Source: Candidatus Hadarchaeales archaeon (GTDB lineage Archaea > Hadarchaeota > Hadarchaeia > Hadarchaeales > Hadarchaeaceae). From it: 50,075 nucleotides of DNA. Each line of letters begins with the position of its first letter. Position 1 is the first letter of the stretch. Where the stretch lies: positions 1 through 50,075 of the forward strand of contig JAWCKV010000001.1 of assembly GCA_038851565.1 (NCBI GenBank), read 5' to 3'. The position numbers were made by a program, and so were the translations under genes. Positions 8,509 to 16,198 of the stretch are shown here, piece after piece. Below the pieces are notes generated by a model. It was given only the letters and a program-made list of their open reading frames with translations, had not been told where the DNA came from and ran no database searches.

Positions 8509-8600
8509 GGGCCCGTGGTCCAGCCTGGATAAGACGCAGGCCTGCGGTCGAAAGCGGCAGCCAGCCTGTAACCGGGGTTCAAATCCCCGCGGGCCCGCCA
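8509..8600 (+). tRNA. tRNA-Arg (anticodon GCG) with 15-nt intron, CCA encoded
   Basis: Acceptor stem GGGCCCG/CGGGCCC, D arm GTCC-AGCCTGGATAA-GAC, anticodon stem CAGGC/GCCTG. T arm is CGGGG-TTCAAAT-CCCCG, discriminator G, followed by CCA. The anticodon loop CT-GCG-G is interrupted after position 37. Confidence 0.9.
8548..8562 (+). other. tRNA intron at canonical 37/38 position with bulge-helix-bulge motif
   Basis: The central 4-bp helix is CUGC (8542-8545) paired with GCAG (8557-8560). It is flanked by 3-nt bulges GGU (8546-8548) and CCA (8561-8563). The inner stem is CG-AAAG-CG (8549-8556). Confidence 0.8.
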
Positions 8601-8601
8601 C

Positions 8602-8613
8602 AAAAAATAAAAA
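8602..8613 (-). terminator. Oligo-T tract downstream of the Hsp20 gene
   Basis: The minus strand reads TTTTTATTTTTT starting 12 nt after the hsp20 stop (8625-8627). This is typical of archaeal intrinsic termination signals. Confidence 0.4.
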
Positions 8614-8624
8614 CAGAGAGGGGC

Positions 8625-9185
8625 CTACTTCACCTCAATGCGGTCTCCGGGCCTTTCCTCCTTTCTCCTGAGGGTGACGTCAAGCACGCCGCTCTGGAAG
8701 AAAGCATCGGCGCTCTTCGGATCCACGGGAGCCGGCAGCTCCACCTCCTTGTAATACCTCCGCTCCGGAGTGTCCACCGAGATGGTCACCCTGTCCTCCT
8801 TCACGCGAAGGTCGATGTCCTTCTTCTCAACGCCCGGGAGCTCCGCGACAACCCTGATCACGTCCTTTCCGGTGATCACCTCGACCAATGGCTCCCTGTA
8901 CTCCATTGGCTTGGGCACCGGCATCCCTGGCTTCACGTTCCCGAATGTCCTCACCCTGGGCACCCCGTCGGGACCTATCGTCATCGAATAGCCGTAGACC
9001 ACCGGCCCGAATGTCTTCACCGTTGATCCGTCAGGCATCCTCCTCTCCCTGAAGAGTTCCTTCGGCAGCCCAGAGGACATCTCCTTGAACATCTCCTCGA
9101 AGGCCCTGTCGATCTCCCTGAAAAGCCTGCGGAACGGCCTCCTCTCAAACCAGTCCTCCCAGAAGTCCATCCGACCACCAGCCAT
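8625..9185 (-). CDS. hsp20: Small heat-shock protein, Hsp20/alpha-crystallin family
   Basis: 186 aa with an alpha-crystallin domain: PLVEVITGKDVIRVVAELPGVEKKDIDLRVKEDRVTISVD...YYKEVELPAPVDPKSADAFFQSGVLDVTL. Confidence 0.9.
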   Translation of the reverse strand: MAGGRMDFWEDWFERRPFRRLFREIDRAFEEMFKEMSSGLPKELFRERRMPDGSTVKTFGPVVYGYSMTIGPDGVPRVRTFGNVKPGMPVPKPMEYREPLVEVITGKDVIRVVAELPGVEKKDIDLRVKEDRVTISVDTPERRYYKEVELPAPVDPKSADAFFQSGVLDVTLRRKEERPGDRIEVK

Positions 9186-9209
9186 TAATCGGGGGCCAGC
9201 AATAAGAGA

Positions 9210-9989
9210 TTAACGCTCCCTTTTCCCAAGCACCTTCTCCAGCTTCTCGGCCGACTCGTACATGTAAACGTTGTTGAACATCACGTACACCTCTCTGCGT
9301 TCCGCTGCCAGCGCCCTCGCCTTTCTGGCCAGCGCCATGATCTCATTGTCCGAGTACCGATAATTGTAATCGTGCTCGCGGGGATTCAAGCCGTGAAGGC
9401 GAATGTAGGCAACGGGATGCTCAGATAACGGGTCGCGGCGCATCAGGTCGACCACGTGCGCCAGATCGAGCTCATCGCACACCTTTTTTATCTCATCCGG
9501 ATGATCGTTCCAGTCTCCCCGCGGCTCCCAGGCCAGAACCAGATCTTGTCTTTCCACGGATGAGAGGAACTCTCTCATGTTCCTGATGTTCTCGGAGGTG
9601 CAGCCGAAGTTCGGCGGGGTCTGAATGACGCAGACCCTCGCCCTCAGGGCCGAACATATCTCCGCCGTCCTGTCCCATGCTTCGAAATTGTCCTTCGTGG
9701 GCCTGAGCCATCCGTACATCCTCCGGCTAAGCTCCTCTGGCTTCAGGCCGGACCTTCGCCAGGTTGGGCTGCTCGGCGGGTGGGTGATGGCCTGCCATGC
9801 CTTAACGGTGAACTCGAACTCCCGTGGAACCTCCTCCCTCCAACGCTGTGCGGTTGAGACCATCGGGAGCCTGTAAAAGGTCTGCTGCACCTCCACCAGC
9901 CCGAACTTTCTGCAGTACTCCTTCAACCCTCCCCTGTAGAAGCCCCAGCCACAGCACCCGACCCTTATCGCCGTCCCTTTGGACATCAA
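9210..9989 (-). CDS. DUF72 (UPF0759) family protein
   Basis: 259 aa. RVGCCGWGF...FGLVEVQQTFYRLP...W...PREFEFTVKAWQAITH matches the DUF72 pattern (GxxGW, EvN-tFY, F-F-vK...iTH). Confidence 0.8.
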   Translation of the reverse strand: MMSKGTAIRVGCCGWGFYRGGLKEYCRKFGLVEVQQTFYRLPMVSTAQRWREEVPREFEFTVKAWQAITHPPSSPTWRRSGLKPEELSRRMYGWLRPTKDNFEAWDRTAEICSALRARVCVIQTPPNFGCTSENIRNMREFLSSVERQDLVLAWEPRGDWNDHPDEIKKVCDELDLAHVVDLMRRDPLSEHPVAYIRLHGLNPREHDYNYRYSDNEIMALARKARALAAERREVYVMFNNVYMYESAEKLEKVLGKRER

Positions 9990-10027
9990 TTTTTAACCTG
10001 CACATTTATGTAAAAAAAGGTGGGGAG

Positions 10028-11296
10028 TTGGAAAACCTGGTGAAGGTCGCGGTGCTTCTCATATTTCTCGGATGCTATGCCCTCGCCGTCTCAAGAAGGG
10101 TAAGGCTCGGATATTTGGGGGTGGCATCAGCGCTCCTCATCCTGTGCGTGGTGCTGCCTGCGGGGATAATGGGCCCCCAGGAGGTTTTGGGGACCATCAG
10201 GTGGGACGTGCTCGGGATATACTGGGGATTCATGATGCTCTCCATGGTCTTTGCGGACAGCGGAGTTCCAAAACGCCTGGCAAAACACGTGATAAAAAAC
10301 ACAAAAAACGAGGGAGCCGCGCTGCTGGCGCTCTGTGCCATCACCGCGCTTCTCTCAAGCTTCCTGGAGAACGTGGGAGTGCTCCTCATCATGGCGCCGA
10401 TAGCAATGGAGGTCGCAAGGAGGGCTGGCTCCTCCCCCCTCACCTACCTGATCTCCATAGCCCTGAGCTCCAACATGGTCACCACCGTCTCAATGGTCGC
10501 AGACCCTCCTGCGATCATCCTGGCCTCGGAGACCGGCATGTCCTTCATCGATTTCTACTGGTTCAGGGGCAGGATCGGGCTGGGGGTGATCTCGGCGGTT
10601 GGGGCGGCCGCAGGGCTTGCCGCCCTTTACCTTGCGGTCTTCAGACGGATGAAGAGGAAGATAGAGGTGAGGGAGGAAAGAATAAAAACGAACTATCTTC
10701 CCCTCCTGCTGTTTTTCGGAGGAATAACCGCGCTTGCCCTCAACTCGCACCTGGGGATCGGTCCTGGCGTCATCGGCCTGTCGGTCGGTGCGCTGTCGCT
10801 GATAATTGGATATAAAAACTGCAGGAAGATGATGATCGACTTTGACTGGAATTCCCTCCTCTTCATCATGGGCATATTCGTGGTGGTGGGCGCCACGGTG
10901 GCTGTAGGCATCCTGCAGGGTTTCGCGAATTTCCTCGGCCGGTTGGCCATGGGCAGCCCGTTCATCGCTCTTGGAATCCTGGTCTGGTCCTCCGTCGGCA
11001 TGTCGTCCTTCATTGACAACGTTCCATACACCGTACTCATGATCCCGGTATGCAGGGAACTCGCTGGGGCGATGGGGTCCGGTTACCTGTTTCCGTTTAT
11101 CTACGGCACACTTATCGGGACGGGCATCGGGGGGAACATAACGCCGGTTGGGGCAACCGCGAACGTCTTCGCATGCGGCATGCTAGAAAAGCGCGGCTGT
11201 AGGGTAAGGCTGAAGGAATACCTGAGGCTCAGCCTGCCGCCCACTCTAACCTCCGTTGCGCTGGCGCATCTCCTCCTTCTGCTCACGTGGATGTAG
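10028..11296 (+). CDS. ArsB/NhaD-superfamily (CitMHS-like) anion permease
   Basis: Polytopic membrane protein (LENLVKVAVLLIFLGCYALAVS...). The track ORF start at 9824 is antisense to the DUF72 gene. The start is set to the in-frame TTG 10028 (alternative GTG 10040), after the GGTGGGG purine tract. Confidence 0.75.
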   Translation: MENLVKVAVLLIFLGCYALAVSRRVRLGYLGVASALLILCVVLPAGIMGPQEVLGTIRWDVLGIYWGFMMLSMVFADSGVPKRLAKHVIKNTKNEGAALLALCAITALLSSFLENVGVLLIMAPIAMEVARRAGSSPLTYLISIALSSNMVTTVSMVADPPAIILASETGMSFIDFYWFRGRIGLGVISAVGAAAGLAALYLAVFRRMKRKIEVREERIKTNYLPLLLFFGGITALALNSHLGIGPGVIGLSVGALSLIIGYKNCRKMMIDFDWNSLLFIMGIFVVVGATVAVGILQGFANFLGRLAMGSPFIALGILVWSSVGMSSFIDNVPYTVLMIPVCRELAGAMGSGYLFPFIYGTLIGTGIGGNITPVGATANVFACGMLEKRGCRVRLKEYLRLSLPPTLTSVALAHLLLLLTWM

Positions 11297-11311
11297 CCTA
11301 ACAAAATGAGC

Positions 11312-12205
11312 TTACACGCCCCGGACCTGCAGCCTCTCCTCAGGCTTAAGGGCCCGCACATCGATGCCCTTCATGGGCTGGGGAAGGTTTTTACAGGCCT
11401 CAAGCACGGCCTCGGGATCATCATAGTGCCTGGTTGCCTCCACTATCGCCCGGGCCATCCTCTGCGGGTCGCTTGACTTGAATATGCCGGAACCAACAAA
11501 CACGCCATCAACGCCCATCTGCATCACAAGGGCGGCATCTGCAGGCGTCGCGATTCCGCCCGCACAGAACCACACCACCGGCAGCCTCTGCAGCCTCGCG
11601 GTCTCCTTGACCAGATCCACCGGGACCCTGTACTCCCTCGCCTTCTGCCCCAGGCCAGCGTCGTCGAGGCCCGCGAGCTCTGCTATCTGCCTCCTTGTGA
11701 GCTTTATGTGCCTCACCGCCTCCACTATGTTCCCCGTGCCCGCCTCCCCCTTGGTCCTTATCATCGCCGCGCCCTCGTTTATTCTCCTCAGGGCCTCGCC
11801 GAGATCACGCGAGCCGCATACAAACGGCACCTTAAACTTGCGCTTGTCTATGTGCTCCTCCTCGTCCGCGGGGGTGAGCACCTCGGACTCATCTATCATG
11901 TCCACCCCAAGGGCCTCAAGCACTTGGGCCTCGGCGAAGTGCCCGATCCTGCACTTAGCCATGACCGGTATTGTGACCGCGTTCATGATGGACTCTATCA
12001 CAGCCGGATCCGCCATCCGCGCCACTCCGCCCGCCGCCCTTATGTCCGCCGGCACGGCCTGAAGCGCCATCACTGCCACTGCTCCCGCCTCTTCGGCGAT
12101 GATGGCCTGCTCCGGCGTCGTCACGTCCATGATGACTCCGCCCTTCTGCATTTTGGCGAATCCGCGCTTCAGCCTTTCTGAGCCGAGCACTATCTCCACT
12201 GGCAT
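11312..12205 (-). CDS. pdxS: Pyridoxal 5'-phosphate synthase subunit PdxS
   Basis: [56 protein letters not shown]...[30 protein letters not shown]. The start is set to ATG 12203-12205, giving 297 aa. Confidence 0.95.
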   Translation of the reverse strand: MPVEIVLGSERLKRGFAKMQKGGVIMDVTTPEQAIIAEEAGAVAVMALQAVPADIRAAGGVARMADPAVIESIMNAVTIPVMAKCRIGHFAEAQVLEALGVDMIDESEVLTPADEEEHIDKRKFKVPFVCGSRDLGEALRRINEGAAMIRTKGEAGTGNIVEAVRHIKLTRRQIAELAGLDDAGLGQKAREYRVPVDLVKETARLQRLPVVWFCAGGIATPADAALVMQMGVDGVFVGSGIFKSSDPQRMARAIVEATRHYDDPEAVLEACKNLPQPMKGIDVRALKPEERLQVRGV

Positions 12206-12247
12206 CCCCTGATATAATATGAAAAACAAATCTAAAAGGATATTGGG

Positions 12248-13377
12248 ATGGTCAGATACCCGGCAAAAAAACTTGTGCGATATGCGGCAGGAGCGGGCCT
12301 GAGATTTCAACAGTTATAACGGTTTGCGCAAGGTGCATCAGGGAGCGATTTGATCTGGCAAGACCCTTTATCGATGAGGCCCACGCGCGGGTGATGAGGA
12401 GCTACGGGCTACCGCCCCGTCCCCCCAGGGACCCATCCGGAGCAGCCTGCCGAGAGTGCGGGAACGAGTGCAGCATTCCGGAGGGAGGCGTTGGGTTCTG
12501 CGGGCTTGTCAGAAACGTGGAAGGACGTCTAAAGAGGACGTATGGAACCCCGGAGCGTGGCCTGCTCTCCTGGTACCACGACCCTATCCCCACAAACTGC
12601 GTCCCGGCGGATTTCTGCGCCGGATCTGCGGGGGCAGGGTATCCGAGGTGGTGCAGGACCCCTCTCGGCGATGTAGGCATGAAAAACCTGTCCGTGTTCC
12701 TGGGAAGCTGCACCTTCAACTGTCTTTTCTGCCAGAACTTCAGCTTCAGGGAGCTCACGTGCTCCGGCAAACCCGTGATGGATGCAGCGGGCCTCTCCGA
12801 AAAGGCCGACGGAGAAACAGGATGTGTTTGCTACTTCGGCGGGGACCCCTCGAGCCAGATGCAGTTCGTCATCGCCTCAGCCGAGATGATAGCCGGGAGG
12901 GCTGAGGGGAAAAAAAGGGTGGTGAGAATATGCCTCGAGACCAACCTCAACATCTCCCCCGGTTACCTGGACCGGATAGCGAGAATTTCCCTGGGAAGCG
13001 GCGGAGGGATAAAGGTGGATATAAAGTGCTGGTCTCCCGAGATACTCTACGCCCTCAGCGGGGTTGAGACGAGACTTCCCTATGAGAACTTCAGGCGCAT
13101 CGGAAGGCTCCACGGGAAGAGGCCGGAGGTCCCCTTCGCGAGGGCCAGCACACTTCTCGTCCCTGGCTATGTGGACGATGAGGAGATAAGGGAGATGGCC
13201 TCTTTCATCGCGGACATCGATCCCACGATTCCCTATTCACTGCTGGCTTTTCACCCAACCTATTTCATGGACGACATGCCGCACACGAGGCGCGAGGATG
13301 CGGAGAGATACCTGAGGATGTGCAGGGAGGAGGGGCTGGAGAGGGTTAGGATAGGCAATCCCTGGCTCCTCAGGTAG
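12248..13377 (+). CDS. Radical SAM protein, PflA/AmrS-like (COG1180-type); the N-terminal Zn-ribbon segment is reachable only by a -1 shift in an A7 run
   Basis: The canonical track ORF is 12391-13377 and contains [12 protein letters not shown] (CxxxCxxC). The same frame is open and protein-like back to 12223 ([41 protein letters not shown]) with no ATG/GTG/TTG. ATG 12248 lies in the +1-offset frame and joins through A7 at 12265-12271. Confidence 0.75.
12265..12271 (+). other. A_AAA_AAA heptamer (candidate -1 frameshift, transcriptional slippage or homopolymer indel site)
   Basis: Zero-frame codons from ATG 12248 are gcA AAA AAA. After a -1 slip the next codon is ACT at 12271, in the frame of the radical SAM ORF. 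Confidence 0.4.
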
Positions 13378-13426
13378 ATCCGGATAACGTTTTTACTGAA
13401 GCGAGTGAATCCCATGGTGTGAGGAT

Positions 13427-14575
13427 ATGCGCGCCAGCGTTGCGGAGTGCGTCCTTGGGGTCTTTGCATTCGATGACGATGGAAGGATGATATCCTACAG
13501 AAGATTTCCGGAGGCTCCGGCCGAGATCGCCGGCAGATTGCTAAGCATACAGAGGGGGAGTCCAACCGAGGAGCACAGAGGCCTGATCAGGGAGCTCGCA
13601 AAAAAGGGCATCGGGGAGATCGTGCTGGAGTCCAAGGCTGTATCAGGCGCTCTTTCCAGGGAATTCAGGAATATGAAGTTCTCCCAGGAGCTGCCCAATC
13701 TGGCTGGCAGGATGCTTAGAGAAAAACTGGACAGGATAGCAGAAGAGGTGGGATGCAGAGGGCATGAAAAGCTGATGCGGGAGGTCGGACTTCTGATGAC
13801 CGAGATCCGCATGAGATCTGAGTCCGAAAGGAGGGACAGGCTCGTCATCCAGGCGGTAAATATCATGGACGAGATAGACAAGTTCGCCAACATACTGATG
13901 GGGCAGATAAGGGAGTGGTACTCCACACACTTCCCGGAGCTCGACAGGCTTGTCCCGGATCACGAGGAATACCTCAAACTTGTGATGGACCTGGGCACCA
14001 GAGATGAGTTCACGACAGACGCTATCAGAAGGAGTCTGGACGTTCCGGAAGCACGTGCCAGGAGGATAGAGGAGGCCGCCAGAAGCTCCCTGGGAGGGGA
14101 GTTTGGCCCGAGGGACACGGAGGCCCTGAAATCGTGCCTGGGGGAGGTTGCCAGGCTATACGGACTCAGAAAGAAGATCGCGGAGTACATAGACGGACTG
14201 ATGACGGAGGTTGCGCCGAACCTCAAGGCGGTTGTAGGCGGGACTATAGGCGCCAGGCTCATATCGCTTGCCGGAGGGCTCAAACAGCTCGCTAAAATGC
14301 CCTCCAGCACGATCCAGGTGCTGGGGGCGGAGAAGGCCCTCTTCAGGGCGCTCAAAACTAGAGCAAGGCCTCCGAAGCACGGGGTGATATACCAGTACCC
14401 TGAAATCAGGGGCGCCCAGAGGAAGAAGAGGGGCAAGATAGCCCGCGCGCTCTCCGGTAAAATAGCAATAGCCGCTAGGGTTGATGCCATGGCTGGGGAG
14501 TTCATAGGAGACAAGCTAGCTTCTGACCTGAAAGCCCGCATAGCCGAGATCAAATTCAGGGATGAAAGGGAATGA
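13427..14575 (+). CDS. nop5: C/D box sRNP core protein Nop5 (Nop56/58 homologue)
   Basis: 382 aa with the NOSIC/Nop domain motifs YSTHFPEL, VAPNL...GARLISLAGGL..LAKMPSSTIQVLGAEKALFRALKT...PKHGVIYQ. It lies immediately upstream of fibrillarin. Confidence 0.95.
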   Translation: MRASVAECVLGVFAFDDDGRMISYRRFPEAPAEIAGRLLSIQRGSPTEEHRGLIRELAKKGIGEIVLESKAVSGALSREFRNMKFSQELPNLAGRMLREKLDRIAEEVGCRGHEKLMREVGLLMTEIRMRSESERRDRLVIQAVNIMDEIDKFANILMGQIREWYSTHFPELDRLVPDHEEYLKLVMDLGTRDEFTTDAIRRSLDVPEARARRIEEAARSSLGGEFGPRDTEALKSCLGEVARLYGLRKKIAEYIDGLMTEVAPNLKAVVGGTIGARLISLAGGLKQLAKMPSSTIQVLGAEKALFRALKTRARPPKHGVIYQYPEIRGAQRKKRGKIARALSGKIAIAARVDAMAGEFIGDKLASDLKARIAEIKFRDERE

Positions 14576-15258
14576 GCGTCAAGGTATATGCCCACGAGCG
14601 ATTTGGTGCGGTTTACTGGGTTGAGATAAACGGACAAAAAAGGCTGGCCACGCTGAACCTCGCCAGGGGGACTCGGGTATACGGCGAACAACTGGTTGAG
14701 TCTGGTGGTGTGGAGTACAGGATATGGGATCCATATCGCAGCAAGCTCGCCGCCGCAATTCTGAACGGCCTGAAAGTTCTTCCCATAGCAGAGGAGAGCA
14801 ACATCCTGTACTTGGGAGCAGCAAGCGGAACGACCTCCTCGCACGTCTCGGATATCGTTGGACAAAAAGGACGAGTATACTGCGTGGAGATATCCGCAAG
14901 GCCGCTGAGAGACCTTCTTCAGGTTTGCGCCAATAGGTCAAACATGATTCCGATAATGGGGGATGCCAGGGACCCATCCGGATATTCTGCAATTGTTGAA
15001 AAAGTCAACGTGGTCTACCAGGACATCGCACAGCCAGACCAGACTGACATCATGCTCATCAACATGCGCACATTTCTGAAGGAGGGGGGGTATGGAATGC
15101 TGGTGCTGAAGGCAAGAAGCATAGACGTCACGAGGAAACCGGAGGAACTATTCAGGGAAGAAACAGAAAAACTGGAGGGGGAAAACAAAGTTATAGACAT
15201 AGTGTATCTCGAGCCCTACGAAAAGGATCATGCCATGATCCTGATCAAGAGGCTGTAG
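14572..15258 (+). CDS. flpA: Fibrillarin-like rRNA/tRNA 2'-O-methyltransferase
   Basis: 228 aa with YRIWDPYRSKLAAAI, ILYLGAASGTTSSHVSDIV, DARDP and VVYQDIAQPDQ. The start overlaps the nop5 stop by 4 nt. Confidence 0.95.
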   Translation: MSVKVYAHERFGAVYWVEINGQKRLATLNLARGTRVYGEQLVESGGVEYRIWDPYRSKLAAAILNGLKVLPIAEESNILYLGAASGTTSSHVSDIVGQKGRVYCVEISARPLRDLLQVCANRSNMIPIMGDARDPSGYSAIVEKVNVVYQDIAQPDQTDIMLINMRTFLKEGGYGMLVLKARSIDVTRKPEELFREETEKLEGENKVIDIVYLEPYEKDHAMILIKRL

Positions 15259-16153
15259 GCCCTAGCCTTGTGGTCACCTCAGCGCCCTGTTCTGTAACTA
15301 TAACGGTATGTTCGGCCTGTGCGACCTTTCCGCTTGATCTTTCTGCGAGAACATGGTACGGCCACAGGGCGCCAAGGCTCGTCAGTTCCCTCAGGGTCAA
15401 CTCGAGCCTCAGCCTAGACATCCTCTTGGCGAGCCATCTCTCTGCAAACGGAAGTCCATTGTACTCCCTCCTGATCTCCCTCAGGAGCTCCCTTGACATC
15501 CTCAGGCGTGTGGGAACGTCCCTAATGTGCCTGAATATGTAAACCCGATCCTGATCCTCAACATATCCTGCTCCGTCAGTCACAAACGGCTCTATGGCGA
15601 GGACATCGCCCGGCTTAAGTATCTGCCCCGTGGTTTCCTTCACGTTGGGTATTGTCAGCCCCGCGTGGAGATCCCACCTCCCCAGGCTGTGTCCGGTGAG
15701 GTTCCTTATGGGCTTGAAACCCGAGGAGACAACGGACTCCTCCACCGCCCTACCTATCTCCCCAACATCTATGCCCGGCTTTACCGCGCTTATTGCCGCC
15801 TCCAGTGCCCTCTCGGCCGCCTGGGCGAGCTCTTCACCTCCCCCTGTGCAAACCGTGAATGCGGTGTCGGCAATATAGCCGTCTATGTGGGCGCCAATGT
15901 CAACCTTAACCACATCGCCCTCGTTCACTGTCCTCTGATCCGTGGAGGGCGGGCTGTAGTGAGCTGCTATTTCGTTGACTGAGACGTTGCAGGGAAAGGC
16001 CGGCTTCGCGCCCTTCTCTACTATGAGCCTCTCCGCGGCCTCTGCGATATCCACGAGTTTCGTGCCAACCTTGACCATAGGCTTTATGCTCTCTCGCACC
16101 TCTGCAAGGAGCCTCCCCACCCTCCTGTACGATTCCAGCTCTTCCTGAAGCAT
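15245..16153 (-). CDS. map: Methionine aminopeptidase, type 2 (archaeal)
   Basis: 302 aa with FPCNVSVNEIAAHYSP, VKVDIGAHIDGYIADTA, NLTGHS and the AQAEHTV metal ligand pattern. TTTTTATATTT lies about 30 nt upstream of the ATG on the minus strand. Confidence 0.95.
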   Translation of the reverse strand: MLQEELESYRRVGRLLAEVRESIKPMVKVGTKLVDIAEAAERLIVEKGAKPAFPCNVSVNEIAAHYSPPSTDQRTVNEGDVVKVDIGAHIDGYIADTAFTVCTGGGEELAQAAERALEAAISAVKPGIDVGEIGRAVEESVVSSGFKPIRNLTGHSLGRWDLHAGLTIPNVKETTGQILKPGDVLAIEPFVTDGAGYVEDQDRVYIFRHIRDVPTRLRMSRELLREIRREYNGLPFAERWLAKRMSRLRLELTLRELTSLGALWPYHVLAERSSGKVAQAEHTVIVTEQGAEVTTRLGPTAS

Positions 16154-16198
16154 GCAAACCAGTGAGAGTTGAAAACATGAAATATAAAAATCCTCGGG

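Noticed and set aside
8440-8601. N-terminal two-thirds of the 107-aa minus-strand track ORF (MAGPRGFEPRLQAGCRF...).
   Set aside because: It is the antisense reading of the tRNA-Arg gene and its promoter. Only the C-terminal Zn-ribbon part (8278-8439) looks like a real protein.
8440-9209. Mobile element or integration at the tRNA gene. More generally, CRISPR arrays, IS elements and prophage remnants were sought anywhere in the window.
   Set aside because: No integrase, transposase or cas-like ORF is present, no direct repeat of the tRNA 3' end was seen, and I noticed no short regularly spaced repeats. The neighbours are housekeeping genes.
12288-12301. Small hairpin (CAGG-agcggg-CCTG) 17 nt downstream of the A7 heptamer, as a possible frameshift stimulator.
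   Set aside because: It has only a 4-bp stem at non-optimal spacing, which is too weak to count as evidence for programmed frameshifting. It is therefore not cited in the 12223-12393 frameshift finding.
13960-14865. 301-aa minus-strand ORF across nop5 and fibrillarin. Similar long antisense ORFs occur at 21258-22202 (aroA), 23452-24135, 29432-30466, 30593-31153, 31278-31994 and 42249-43088.
   Set aside because: All are antisense to genes with strong family motifs, have Ser/Pro/Arg/Leu-biased composition and carry no recognisable motif. They are treated as GC-driven shadow ORFs.
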